From Camelus ferus (lineage: Eukaryota), in NCBI RefSeq assembly GCF_009834535.1, contig NC_045696.1:65288001-65352000 (forward strand): a DNA stretch of 64,000 nt, given 5' to 3'. The position numbers were made by a program, and so were the translations under genes. Positions within the stretch are counted from its first letter, which is position 1, and each line of letters starts with the position of its first letter. This document shows, one piece after another, positions 1 to 13,775 of this stretch. The notes beneath the pieces were generated by a model. It was given only the letters and a program-made list of their open reading frames with translations. It was not told where the DNA came from and searched no databases.

Positions 1-239
1 GCAGGTGTCTCTAACCAGCCACATTTCCCTGGAGTATCTATGTGTGACCCTTCCTCTTCAGTAGTTTCCCAGCACTGCACACTGGTATCTGTCTTGAGGA
101 TGGACATTTTATACTTTTTTAACCTGAGTTTTCTGTTGTTAGTTAATTTTCTGTTTTAGAAAGAATCATTTCCTCCTTTGGGAAAGTGAGGTACAATTTT
201 TAATATGTCATATTTTAAATCATTCTATTATACCCCTTC

Positions 240-830
240 CTGCATTTAGTCAATGTATACATAGAGAGTGCCTACTATGTACAAGGCAATGTGCTTTGTG
301 TATGAAGATGAATAAGACACAGTTTTTGTCCTGAAGGAGCTTATAGCCTAATGAAAACGCACTAATAGCTAAACAACAGTGCCACGCCCCCCAAACAACA
401 GTGTGTTCTGGAAACAATGATGAAGGAGTGATTAACTCTGCCTGGGGGTATAGAGCAGACATCACACAAGTGGTGACATTTGTGCTCACTTTCGAAAACT
501 GGGTGAGAGTTTGATAAGAGAAGAAGAAAGAATAGGGAAAGAGTATTCAGGCAGGCGACACATTGTGTTTAGAGATACCAGGTCTTTTCACGAGAGCAGT
601 GAAAGAGACATTTTTTTTTTATTAGGAAAGAGTGAGATAATGCTGACAGCATCAGTGCACAGATTATATTGAAGAAGAAAGAGGCTATAGGCCAAGAGAA
701 CAGATCAGAGATAAACGCAGGTGAGACACAGCAAGAACTTGGAATGGAGTAGTGTCACTAAATTAACAGGAGGACAGAAAATTAAAAAGAAATTCCTTAG
801 GTATAATTAACAAGATTTTATAATGGCCTT
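240..830 (-). mobile_element. LINE-2 3' fragment (degenerate)
   Basis: Reverse-complement L2 3' hallmarks: 'gagtgcctactatgtacaaggcaatgtgct', 'gaataagacacagtttttgtcctgaaggagcttatag', 'aactctgcctgggg...ggtgacatttg'. Confidence 0.75.
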
Positions 831-1559
831 AAAATGATTCTGGTATAGACGGTGGCTGCTTTAGGGCTGAAATTCTATTTCATTTATGCTTCAAGCTGGC
901 TCTAATGCCGGCATTGAGCCTGGTACGGGAGAAGCAAATTCTCCCTTCGATCACATTCTGCAAAAGTGATATTTTTCAAGCATTTTAAAGATATTATGTT
1001 GATCTACAAGGGTGAAGTCTGATGAAAACGTAGTAGAGGAAGAGATATGAAAGCGAGTCTTTCTGTTTATTCTGTGATTGAAACATGTGTGGCTGGACCA
1101 TGAAATATACAGAACACATAAAAATAGTTAGTGTCATACTAAGGGCTTTCTTCATCACCCCCTCATTAGCGGGACCAGTTTCTGAGATGGGCTCTGCCCC
1201 TGACTTCCTCTCCCTGATGTCAGAACCTCAAAAAAATTCTTACTGATTAGTGAGTAATAAGTGCCTATTAAATGAATGGGTCTAAAAATTAATGCATGAT
1301 GGCAAAAGGCCAACTAACTACATAGAATGCTATGTAGAGCCCTAAAAGAAGTAGTTAAATTACAAGGTGATCAATCTCTACAGGTACAATAGAATCTCAA
1401 CAGAAGAACAAAACAAAAGTACTTCATCCATTTGTGCAAAACAGTGCTGGTCATACAATAAATTGAGGGCTGACTGCATAGTCTACACAGGAAAGCAAAA
1501 AGAACTCTATGAATTATCCTTCCTGGAAAAGAGAAATATATATATATATATCCTCTGTG

Positions 1560-2780
1560 CAGTGTGGCTGGCAGAGGGGCAACAGTTACAGGATGAGGCT
1601 AAAAATGTAGGCAAGGACCAGACCGTACAGCACCCTTCAGACCACATTAAGGTGTGTCCTTTATCCTGAATACAGTAGAAAGATGTTAAATTCTTTCCAG
1701 AATATGTGTAAGATAATATGATTTATGGTTCAAAATTAACACTGTCTGTAGTAAGGAGAATCTGATAGATGAGGACCAGTGTGGATGACAGAGAAACCTG
1801 TCTAAAGTTTTTTTTTGTAGACATTTGGGTAGTTTTCTTAGGCTAGAATGATGGCCTTAAAGATAAAAAAAAAAAAAGATAGATTTCAGAGACTTATAAA
1901 GTAGAATAGACAGGAGTTAAAAATGAATTGGAAACAGTGTGTAAGGGTTGAGTAAAAGGAGATAAGATACCCAGCTTTCATGACTTGAAAGGATGGTGGG
2001 CTCTTACACTGAGGTAGCAGAGAATAGGATATGACCATGTAGGTGATTAGAATGGAGGCAAGAGTATATTTTTGGTTTTGGAGATAGTGGAGATGACAAG
2101 TATATGAAAAGGTCTAGGATGGAGACATCCACTTGAAAGTAATCTGCACGTATGTTAACAGCCAAATAAAATTCTCTAGGCAAAATGTTTAGTGTGAGAA
2201 GAAAACATAATCTATAAATAAGTCTTGGAGAACTCCAAGGATTTAATGGACAGCTTGAGTAAATAACCTAAAGGGCAGGGACAAACTCAGGAGTGTGCTG
2301 GATCATGGAAGCCAAGGGGAACAAGAGTTCCTAGAATGAGAGAGTGGTAAACTATATCAAATGCCACCCAAATTCACAGTACACATGGACTGAATAGTGT
2401 TCATTTTGTTCAGTGACTTGGAGCTCCTTGGTGACCTTGGGGAGTGCTGTTTCAGGAGAGTAATGAAAGTCAGACTAGAATGTTTTGAATATTAACAGTA
2501 GGAAGTGAGGAAATGACTAGTGTAGGATAAACTAAGGTTTTTTTAAAAAATGGCTTTGAGTAGGTAGAGAAGGAAGAGGACACAGAGAGAAGATATGGGC
2601 TCAAGATTATTTTGTTGTTTTTGCTGGGACCTAAAATTTCTTTTAATGGGAGAGCCTTGACCATATTTCAATACTGGTAAGAAGGATCACATTGAGAGGG
2701 TGAAGAGGTAATAGAGGCGGTTTCTCAGGAAAGCACAAGGAAGTGATATTCTGAATCAAAGGAGGCAAAGAGAAAATACG
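1560..2780 (-). mobile_element. LINE-2 internal fragments (degenerate)
   Basis: Purine-rich L2 antisense motifs: 'gtgtggctggcagag', 'tcatggaagccaaggggaacaagagttcc', 'ccttggtgaccttggggagtgctgtttcag'. Confidence 0.65.
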
Positions 2781-4878
2781 ACAGTTAGCACTCACATGGG
2801 AGGCACATTTCCATGAGCATCCCCACAGCTTCATGAAACAAACACAGGATTTTAAAGGAAAATAAAGTACATGAACTGCAGTCGCTCACTACTGGCTACA
2901 GCATACGTTGCACGATGTACTCAGTTCCACCAATTCCATAGGCTGTGTGAAGTGGTTAGTACATCACCTCTTTGTCCCTCACTCAAGTAAAGCATATTGG
3001 AATGCAATAAAATTATTACTGAGATACTCTGAGTCTTTTAAAAGTTATTTTTAAAATACATACATTATCCTTATTAACACATGATTTTCAATGCACTTCA
3101 AAACCAATGAAGACAAGAATGATATCAAAACATTGAAGTTAAGAATTGCTTCTCTACATGACAGTTACTCCCATACACTAGTGCATTTTATACCAAATAG
3201 TCTCAAAGAAGGAATAATTTTTATTATAGAATAGGAAGATGGTAAGTCTAGAGCAAAAAGATATCCAACACACTCATTCTAAAAAAAATCCTATTTAACA
3301 GCTTATTAAAAAATGCATCATTTAGCCTTATCCTTCTAATCAGTTTAAGTCCTTCATTGTTCCTGGGTAGAAATATCTGGTTTGGGAGACTTTTCATATT
3401 TCTTTGAGCAGACATTAACTCCTCAATCTATTGGTATTATAGAATTACGTGCACTCATCTGTAAGAGATTTAGAAGACTCTCAAAAGTACGAAGGATGAG
3501 TGGAATTCTGTTCAGGGAAGCATGGTTTGATTTGGTCCAGAAATTCACTGTCTCAACTGGAACATAAATAGTCTGTTCTTGATCTGAAAAGAATCTCTGT
3601 AATAACAAGGTCTCCCAGTCTGAATAAATAAGACTGTGAGAGGCTAAGTGTAATCAAAATAAATTGAGGGCTGAGATTACCTTTCTCTTTTTGTTTTCAT
3701 AATATCAAAACAAACTTTTTTAGCTCAGAAACCCAAAGAAGGTGATTTTATGGATTGAGTTCTGAGTAGCACTTGGTAATTATTGGTCATCAAAGAAGCA
3801 GGATTAGATATAAGATTATGGATCTAAGTATTTCATGTTTGAAAGAGATATGGAGATTACTTTTATTCTTTTGTATTACAAATATTTTTAGACAATGTAA
3901 AGAGAAATAGTTGGTTGTATCCTAAAAAGTCACAGTAGTAAAACATTGTGGTGGCTTTCATTGGAAAGGAGTTGACATTTGTAGTGAGCCTTGAATATTA
4001 AAGTTGGAAGGGATCTTAAAGGTGTTTCAAGATCAAATTACATTTGGAGGCCTACTAGAAGTGAGGTGGATTAACATAACTAATTAGACTTGCAAACATT
4101 CCCCCAGGACAAGGGGAGAACACTATGTCATTATTTTGAAGAATTTAAGGACACTAAACAGATGGTAGATTTTAGACTGGGTTATCTTCTAAGTCTATCC
4201 TATAGAAGCAAATATGAAAAGCTATACAAATTCTATGTATACAATGGCAGCATAATAAAAGTGAATCATTTTTTCCAGACACACAATTAGGCAATTATAA
4301 TGCCCCACTTGGTTAAGTGATTGTATGTGAGGAAACCCAGAGGAAGTGGACCAAGGATGATAGATGAAAATGTGAAATGGAATTGTCAGTCTGTAGCTGA
4401 AACATTGATCAAATGACCTAATAGCTAACAGAGTGTGCTCAAGGGGACCTTGAAAAAAAGATAACCTAACCTTAAGTTTTTCCAGATAATATTCTAATCT
4501 ATAAATTAAAACTTTAAAATTATCAAACGTATCATCATCCAACTTAGATGAGTCTGGCCATTTTAGCAAGAAGACAGTTACTTTCACTGTTTTCCAGTGG
4601 CACCAATGGGGTTTACACAGACACTCTGAACTCTCTTGCCAGATATTCTTTGAGAGAATTGTCAAAACTTCACTTCATAGCTGAAGAAGGTCACGAGAAT
4701 ATCTAGAGGTTGAAAATGTGTATATTTGCATATGTAGGACATTCCAAGCCTGTGCTTTTCAAACAAATAGATCTCAGCATTATTGATCTGTATTTTCAGA
4801 GTCTGGATGTGTTTTCATCATAAGTAAATGTTCATATATTTCTGATTTATGTCAGAGAAAATGTACAAAATTTGCCAG

Positions 4879-5511
4879 TCTTCACACAGATATTTATAGG
4901 AGCTTTACTGATAATTGCCAGAACTTTGAAACAATCAAGATGGCCATCAGTAGGGAAATGGTTAAATAAATATCCCCTAGGCAAGGGGATATTTTTCAGC
5001 ACTAAAAAGAAACTTGCTATCAAGCCATGAAAAGATATGGAGGAAACTTAAATTCATATTACTAAGTAAAAGAAGAAAATCTAAAAAGATAACATACTGC
5101 ATGATTCCAACAATATAATGTTATGAAAAAGGCAAAATGAAGACAGTAAAAAATCAGTGGTTGCCAAGAGTTGAGGAGTGGGTGGAGGGATGAATAGGTG
5201 AAGCATAGGTTATTTTTAAGGTGGTGAAATACTCCATATGATACTATAATGATGGATACATATCACTATATATTTATCCAAACCAAGAGAATGTATCACA
5301 TCAAGTGTGAACCATAATGTAAACTGTACACTTTGGGTGATTGCAATGTGTCAATGTTCGTCCATTGATTGTAACAAATGTACCAGTCTTGGAGGAATGT
5401 TGATAGTAAGGAAGGCTGTGCTTGTGTAGGGGTGGAGGGGTATGGGTACTCTCTGTACATTTTGTTCAATTTTGCTCTCAACTTAAAACTGTTCTAAAAA
5501 TAAAGTCCATT
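4879..5511 (+). mobile_element. LINE-1 3' end, L1MC1/2-like
   Basis: 'gctatcaagccatgaaaagatatggaggaaacttaaa', 'atcagtggttgccaag', 'tgtaacaaatgtacc', ending 'ctaaaaataaagtc'. Confidence 0.88.
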
Positions 5512-6539
5512 TGAAACTGCAAGACTTTATGACTCATGTGAGTCTTCCTCTGACAGACTGTAGATAAAGGAGAGAAAGAAAGATGGGGGGTAAGTAGAGT
5601 ACTGTTTCCCACTGAGAAGCATTGGAAAACTATAAGCATTTTTTGTTTTTCTTCTTTTTTTATAGCAATACTATCTGAATTAATCCTAACATTGTTTGTA
5701 TTAGTAATTTCAGGAAATTTCAACCACAGGATAAGTAGAAAGTGGGAAAGCTGTAGATAAAAAGAGCAGGAACTAGAGAGGTGTCTTCAGTTCATCAAAA
5801 ATTTAGCACTTGTTCTGACTCATGATGGTGAACTGAGGACACATATTATTCTTCTTGCTTTAAATCAAAGAAAAATAAGAAGATAAATGACAATAGTGAG
5901 AGAAATGGTAAACAAAAGATTTCAGCATACATATTAGTAGATAGAATAAATATGGGAACATGTTGATTAATACATAGCAGAGACAGATGAAAAGTGGTTT
6001 GTGCTCAGAGTGAACTGAAGGCTGAGAGAATTGGTCTGGTCCACTGAACATCAGTGATGCTCTGGACTCAGAGAAGCACAATGGTGGTAATCAAAACAGG
6101 TAGTTTAACTGAAAGTCTTCAAAAAGTAAGCTATTCTACTTTTTCCGTCTTTCTTCATCACTTAGAATACCTAAAGCTAGCGTAGGGAAGCATAAATGAA
6201 TTCAAGGCACCTAGCGCAGTATAAATCAGAAGAATCTTATGAATCTTTGTTGGTAAGAACTGGGAAGTACAGAATTATGACTTTGGATCCAAAGAGAAGA
6301 AAGATAATTCTAGCACAAATCTTCACTTTTTAATGAAGAATATTTACATTACCATAAATGTAGATGATATGATTTGGTTGACAATTTTTAGAATCAATCC
6401 ATAGTCAAATATTGAAAGGTGGCTGCTGTTTCCATATGGGATATAAATGTTAATCAGTCTAAAAGTGTAAATGTATAAGAGACAGGCAAATATGTTGTAT
6501 GATTTAATGATAGAAAGCAGCAAAACCCAGAAGAAGATT

Positions 6540-6655
6540 AGGTGCTGCCACTACATCTCTGTATGCCTTTAGCTAAATCACCCCAAGTCTCTACACTCCT
6601 GTTCCCTCATCGGCAGCATGATGCTCTCAATGTTCCTTTCCAGTTCAACCTGCTA
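6540..6655 (+). mobile_element. MIR-family SINE fragment
   Basis: MIR core-like 'ctgccactac...tgtatgcctttagctaaatcac...ctgttccctcatc'. Confidence 0.5.
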
Positions 6656-9600
6656 TATAATTCCAGAAAAGTCACTTTGAAATAAAATGAGCAGCTGAAT
6701 AGCAAAAACAGGAGACCGGAGACAACGAACCACACAGAGGAAAAGTTGCATTCTTATCCAACGTAGTATGTTTTCTAAAATTCCAGGCTGACTTGCTGCT
6801 TTTCATAATTATACTAAAACTTGTCAATTAGATAAGAAAGGATATTGGTAGTCATTACAAAAATAAAGATGATTTTTGAGCTGACGTAAAGATTTCCCAC
6901 TTTCATTATGATTTCCATTTGAAATGACCTTATAGAAAATGGCTTGCACTCCTTCACCCTGAATTACAGTACATCTTTCCACTTGCTGAAAGGATAGATT
7001 TTTAAAGTTGAAACTCCCTTTGGGTGACTGAACTACAATGCGTCTGTAAGACTCAGAGACTGCCAGAAGGAATGCTGTCACTGGGAGAGGAAGATTAATA
7101 GCGGTAATAGCAGTCCGGATTTGACCCTCTGACAATCTGAGATCTCAGTGGAATAGCTATCCCCAAATTACTGTTCCTGAGATGTATTTACAGAGAGGAA
7201 CCAGGGCAGTGAGTAGAAGTGTCAGACTCTAACAAAGTCTGTAATTTAAATTTATTTAAAATTGAAGGATGCAGGTATACATTACACCATGTACCTTTTC
7301 GTTTGAGTCACGTGTCTGGAAGAAGTAGACAGATTATAGTATAGGAACTTCTAAATAGTGTAGTATTTTATCAGATTTTTATTTTGAGATTCTATAAAAC
7401 CAGTCTTATCACAGCAGCCTCTAGTAACATGAATAGTGAGAAAAAGCCAAGGAACATCTCTGTTAAAAAAAAAAAAAGATCTTTTTAGGCCTTTTGGATG
7501 TAACATATGTCACCGCTGAATCTGTAGCTTTCAAAATGTTCATGGGCAAAGTATAAATAAATACAGCTTATTCATTCCAGCAGCAGGAAGTTTTATTTGT
7601 AGTAAAACATTTTGTGTAGATCCTTAAGCTCCAGATTTGATCCTTAGTTATAGGCATTTGTTATTGACGGGAAAGCCTTTCTCCCCAAATCAAACAAGTT
7701 CCTGTAAAATTTTAGTCAATACATTTTGGGGAAGCGAATGAATGTTCCGCAGCCTGCTGCTACTTTTGGGACTGCCTTGCCTTTCAAAGCATTGTCACTG
7801 TAGGATTGAAACATATGTGAAAATTCTAAGGATGGCACATAACTCTCCTCCCTGTTTATTTGGGACTCCTGTTTCTCAGACTGCCTCAGGACAGCGCACA
7901 GCTGAGAAAAGAGGCATACAGAACTGTTAGCAGCTTGACTTCACAGTAACAGACAAAACACGTTCACAATCTCCTCTGACGTCTGATAGGAGACGGAAGT
8001 AAGAGAAGGGTGTGGAAAAGAGGGAAGTTTAGTCTATCAAATGTTTTTGGGTCACGTTAGGAAAAGACAAAGGAATGGTGACTCTTTTTAAGACATTTTC
8101 ACAATAAAATTTAGGCTAATGGAGCTATTTATTACTTTTGATAGTGTTCATGAGCATCTGGTGATTAGAATACATGCATAAATTAAGATACCTGTAAATT
8201 ATATAAATTAGATGGCTTAGAATATGCTTTGAATACCTTATGAAATTGGTGAAAAAAATCTGTAGTAGCTAATACTGCCATTTCCTATGTGTTGGTAACT
8301 ATAGCTATTTTAAAAATCTGTTTGGGGGAATAAATAAAAGAAGTTAAACAAATAAACAAAAGCATACTAAATTATTTGTATGGAGAGAACCATTTGGGAA
8401 GATAGATGGTGGCAAGATTTATATACTACATAAAGAACTGACTTTTTTTTTTTGAGCTGGACCTGAAATTGAGTGACATTCAGCCTTTGTCTTTTGGGGT
8501 CTCACATTATCTGTTTTGACTATTAAATGCTTGGAAAGAGACCCTAAAGTCTCTTCCACCATAACATCCTAGGGCTCTATAAAAAGTATAAATTTAAATA
8601 AATGTCTATACTAACTGGTTTCTCTATTATGGGAATCATTTTCTTTTCTGGCTTCTTTATCTGTAAGTAAGGTGTATTTATTTACATTATTATATACATA
8701 TAAACACTGTTATCTGAAATATATTTACAAGTAGTTATAACAATATCACACATACATATATTTTATGTTCACTTGGAATCTGGCACTATGTTGACATCTA
8801 TGAATTGTTAGCAGCTTATTAGCTATAATATTTATATTTTATATGTAATCAAAGGAAAACTAATAAGAAATTTGCAAATTTCTCCATAAAATTTTAACCA
8901 ATTATTTGCAATGCTTGCAAAAAAAGGATAATATTATAGGTAATTTCATTACTAATGTCTATTTCCAAAATTAATCTTAAAATGTAAATCTTAAAAAGTA
9001 AGATACAATTTTTATTTAAGGGATACTCTATATAGTATCTTTTTATATGACCTTCAGAATGATATGAGGAAATAGTAAGTGTCTGAGTCTTTTCCCTCAA
9101 GCTCCTCATTAAATTAAAACTTTTACGGAGCAGCTGCTTTGTGTGAATAGCACTCATCTCTAAGAAGCACTTTGACACACTCAAAGCAGTTAACCAACAA
9201 TCCCTAATCATCAAGATACCCCATGGAGAAGAAGAGAGGTAAAACTGATTACTCTAAATGTACCAGAGCTTCGTCCCAACTTGGATAAATGCAGATCCTT
9301 GAAAAGGAGGATAACAACCTGTGAATAAAATGGCTATTTCAGAGACTGACTTAGAGAAGAAATGCTTCTAAAGGTAACAGCAAAGCAAAGGGAATAACTA
9401 AACAGCAGAACTAAACATTTTCAAACAACACAAAGAAACTCTTTCTTTTCTCTCCCCAGCCCCTCATTTCATTTCTTGTGTTTTAAAGCATTTACAGGGA
9501 GGAACTTGGCGAGACAGGAGTTTCTGCTTCCTTCTTTAAGTCTGTCTTGTATAAGCTTTTGGAATTCTCAATTGTGGTTTCCTCTTGGGGAGTATATGGA

Positions 9601-10049
9601 GATTCTGTGTGAATCATTCTTTAACAACTTGAGTATAGTACTGATATTCTTCTTATTTTGGGTTGTTTCCAAAGAGTAAAAAATGATTTCTTTATTGGGT
9701 GGATGATTAGACTAGATGAACAGCAAGATGTATTGATCATTCTCCCTATATCTGATAAATAAAATTATCTGATTATAAAATTATCCAGTACCCATACTAC
9801 ACCTTGGTGTGGCCTGGGAGATTCCTGTAAGTAGATTGCAGGACATAGTAAGAATTTAGTAGACATATATTGAGTGGAATATTATAAGAAATGAGTTACT
9901 CTTTTCAGTTCTATTATCAAATGTCTGCACTGTTCCCATTTTTCTGAACCTTTTGGTTTCACCTAACATTTACTTCAAAGATTAGTATTATGTCCAGTCT
10001 TCTTCAACAACGCATTCTGTTATTTCTCGAATAGTTGATGGATTGAAAT

Positions 10050-10500
10050 TGATTCATTTATTCAACATGGAATGATGAACATCTTCTATATATAAAATAT
10101 TCTTTTAAAGTGAACAGAATAAATTCCATGCCCCTGAGTTTACAGATCACTTCAGGAAAACCAACATACAGCAATTCCTTTAACAACTATCATTAAAATA
10201 CATAAACAGAGAGGAGAAATAATCTGATTTTTTATTTGGGAATCAGAGATATTTTCAAAAGGACTCTGATTAATATTCTACAGGATAACATGGGGAATGG
10301 GCATTTCTTCCATAAAAAACAAGCATGTAAAAGAGCACAAAGGCATGAAACAACAAGAATATTTAGAGAACTGCAAATATTTCTGTGTGGCTGGAATATA
10401 AGATGATGATTGGAGAATAAGATGATAGAAGAATTGATTGAGCATACATTGCAAGACTAATAAAAGTTGAAGTGAGAACTATGATATTTAGAGACAATTA
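10050..10500 (-). mobile_element. LINE-2 fragment
   Basis: 'attcattttattcaaca', 'gagaactgcaaatatttctgtgtggctggaatata'. Confidence 0.6.
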
Positions 10501-11699
10501 CCTAAGGGATCTCTCTTTCTACACATTCTAAGTTTCCATTTTGATTCAAATTATATGATACACGTTTACATATTTGGAACATGTTGGTTTCTTCCTCTCA
10601 GCTCATATTTCTTGTAGAAGCCTCCACTGAAGTATTTTAACTATATTCTTTAGTCTCTTAGAAATCATTAAAAATTTTATGCAAGTCAGATTTCATATCT
10701 GTTATAAATTTGTGGTTTAGAATTTCTACTCTCAAAAGTCAATTATATAATATACTGAATAAAATATATTTTAGAATTTAGTTTTAGTAAATTCTTTATC
10801 TTTCTTGAAGCCATGATAATTTACCTCTTTTGTGATAAATGCCTGTCTAGTTTGCCATGTTCTTATTTTTTGCACAGGACGCCAGGACATGCAGGTGACG
10901 CTTCATAAACTGGGATGTCAGTTTCTTTCTGTTGGCATTGGCTTTTATTTTCTATATCCTTTTTCATATTTTATTGCTTACGTCCTTGAATAAATCTTTC
11001 TCCAAATTATTTATGCCAATATGTATGGTATAAAAAAAATTAGCATCTTACCCTATAGTGCTATGTCTTTACTATTATTATAACTCTGATTTCTCAATTT
11101 TGAAAATGCTTATTTTCCATAATTCTTTAAATTAAAATGCTCTACTATATGTATAATCTATAATATTATCATGTTATTTGAATATTTGTAGAATATAGTG
11201 CAAACATTCAAATATATTTTGAATGTTTAATATCTGTGCCTGTTTGAGAAAACTTTTGTTTCAATAAGGTATAGCCAGCATGTTCTGAATCTGTTTTTAG
11301 AATTATTTTCTGCTCTTTTTAATCTTTATGGAATATAAAATTTTTAATTATGCTAATATACATTTAATATAAGAAATGGGTAGCAATAACTAGGCTTTCC
11401 TTTAACAACTGTGGGAAAGTGGGTGTTCTGTCTATGATCCAATGGTTCAAATAATGAACATTTCTTTTATTTGTCTCTATTTCCCTTAGAAGCCTTTGAG
11501 AGGCAAGAGAAAATTCTAATAGGGTTATAATTTAGTATGGAGAGCACAAAGTATTTATATATAAATTAAGAACATAAATTAATTACATAGAAATAATTAT
11601 ATGTAAATAAAACACAGGATCTGCTGCAGAGAAACACAGAGTCTAGCAGCAGGGATAAAACTACAGATCACAGTAATACTTGCTGTAAGGATGTTAGCA

Positions 11700-11925
11700 G
11701 AACAATGTTATCAGTTTGGTCTCTAGAGACAGATGGTCCAGGCTTGGATCCCACCTCTGCCAATTGTAATTTGGGTGCCACTGGGCAAGTTATTTGACCT
11801 CTCTAATCCTCAGTTTTCTCATTGTAAATAAACATAATATTAGTACCTTCTTTTAAGGGTCAGCTCAAGTATTAAATGAGAAAATCCTTTTAACGCACTT
11901 AGCCCTTTCCTATTATTATTATTAT
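11700..11925 (+). mobile_element. MIR SINE
   Basis: Core 'tggatcccacctctgcca...gggcaagttatttgacctctctaatcctcagttttctcattgtaaa', 'attaaatgaga', (TAT)n tail. Confidence 0.88.
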
Positions 11926-13264
11926 GAGCAACAAAATAAGGGTGATTTAAAGTGACACAGGCAGAGAACCAAGATTATTATTAAATGAGGAATTCAAGAG
12001 CAGTAATTGAACTGGGCCACAGAATTTTTCATTTTTAACAGGTGCTGATGGTGATTCTGGGCTGTATGTTCAAAGGCTTGGAGGCAGGAGACTGGCAGTC
12101 AAGATAGCAGGTTACTTGGACTATGGGGTTTATCTAAGGAAATACTGAGAAATGGGGCTGAAAACATAAAGATCAGAGTGTGGAAGATCTTCTCTGTTAA
12201 TCTGTCTCAAAGACTACTTCATAGTGGCTATCTCTTAGATATTGGATTATTTTCTCTACAGGTGGCTATTTGATTTCCAGTCATACAAACATTACAATAT
12301 TAAGTAGTCTTAAAGCCCTCCTAAATATTATGGGTCTTATACACAAACACTCAGAAATTATCACATTAATACCTTCCAGGCACACACACACACACATATT
12401 TCAAAGCAAACAGTAGCACTGTTTAGCAAATACTGCTAACAAAAATGATATGAAGGCAATAGGCTGCAGAACCACATTTTGTGAAGGGCCGGATGAGTCG
12501 GACACTCAGAGTAATGATGGAGTGAGTAGGTCATGACAAGCTTAGGCCTTATTTTGTCTAAAAGACCTTAGTACGGACTTGCCATTTTCTTTCTTCACAG
12601 ACTATAAAGAGCAGTAAAGACAGATAATAGTAGAATGTAGACAATGTTCCTCTGTGCTATTCAAGTGCACAAAGTAAGAGAGATGGCAGAATAAAGAGCT
12701 GTCATCTAACAATTGATTCTGTCAGCTATCGTCTCTGTAGGGGACAAGAACATCCTAATTTGTATGCATCTGCCTAGAATATCAAGCTTCCAATGGTTTA
12801 AGCCTGAACAACTCACTTCAATAATCCTCTATGGAGTGTCTATACTACAGCAGTTGCTATGCAAGGCTCTGGTGGAGAGAACATGGACGACATGATGGCA
12901 GAAGCTATGGTCTTGGCCCTCTGTGAATTCATCCATTTCCTGCAAGGCAGACTATGCTAGGTGTTAAGAACAAGTCCTGTTACCACCAGTACCAGTGGAC
13001 CCAGGAGGGAGGTTTGTTCTCAGGGATGAGTTGGGTCGTGGGGTCACAGGAGTGAAATATAAATTGGAATTTGAAGGATGGTTAGGATTTTGATAGCATA
13101 AAATGTTTGCCATATAGAAAACATTTTGAGAAATGACTTCATTTGAAATATCTTTCAGGCAGAAAACCAGAGAGTGTGAAAAGACCTAAAACTGGAGAGG
13201 TCCAGGTGTGTTCAGGAAGCAGAGCTAATGTGTTCCTTTTGAAGAAAATTCCTTTTTGTGTATG

Positions 13265-13410
13265 TTATCTCATTTAGGCTTCACGACAACACGCAAAATG
13301 AGATTATTTATCTCCATCACTCTGAAAAAGGTGAAATGACACGCCCAGGGTGAGACAGCAAAGAACTTGGACCCAAGTGTATGTGTCTTCTTAGGCTATG
13401 CTCTTACCAG
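13265..13410 (-). mobile_element. MIR SINE fragment
   Basis: 'ttatctcatttaggcttcacgacaac...ggtgaaatgacacgcccagggt'. Confidence 0.65.
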
Positions 13411-13595
13411 TACTGTAGGCTGCCTGGAAGGGATAAAGAGAGCAGTGTGGGGAATGGCCGAAACTCAGAACACAATATCCAGTGTGAATGTGAGTGTCGT
13501 CCCTGGAGCACAATAATGGGCAGGACTGGCCGTGGGGGAAATGGGGATTCTGGAAGCTGCCTGTTGGGGTGCATTCTTGCCACACCTTTTGCTCT

Positions 13596-13775
13596 TGTGT
13601 AATTTTTGTTAAGTAATTTAACTTCCCTAACCCTCATTTTATCTTTTATCAAGTTGAGGTGATAATATTAATAGCTATCTCAAAGGGCCACTGTGAGAAT
13701 TAAATAAGAAATATAAAATGCTTAGCACAGTGCCTATAACTTTCTTAGAGATGAATAAATATTAGCCATTATTAA
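13596..13775 (+). mobile_element. MIR SINE fragment
   Basis: 'aagtaatttaacttccctaaccctca...tgtgagaattaaataaga...aaaatgcttagcacagtgcct'. Confidence 0.8.

Noticed and set aside
4222..4665. 147-aa minus-strand ORF
   Set aside because: Non-ATG start, no recognisable homology or exon structure; consistent with chance
9059..9075. Short exon-like segment between 'ccttcag' and 'gtaagt'
   Set aside because: Weak exonic donor context and no supporting evidence; typical pseudo-exon
12406..12438. Two small adjacent hairpins
   Set aside because: Stems of 6-7 AT-rich bp are expected by chance
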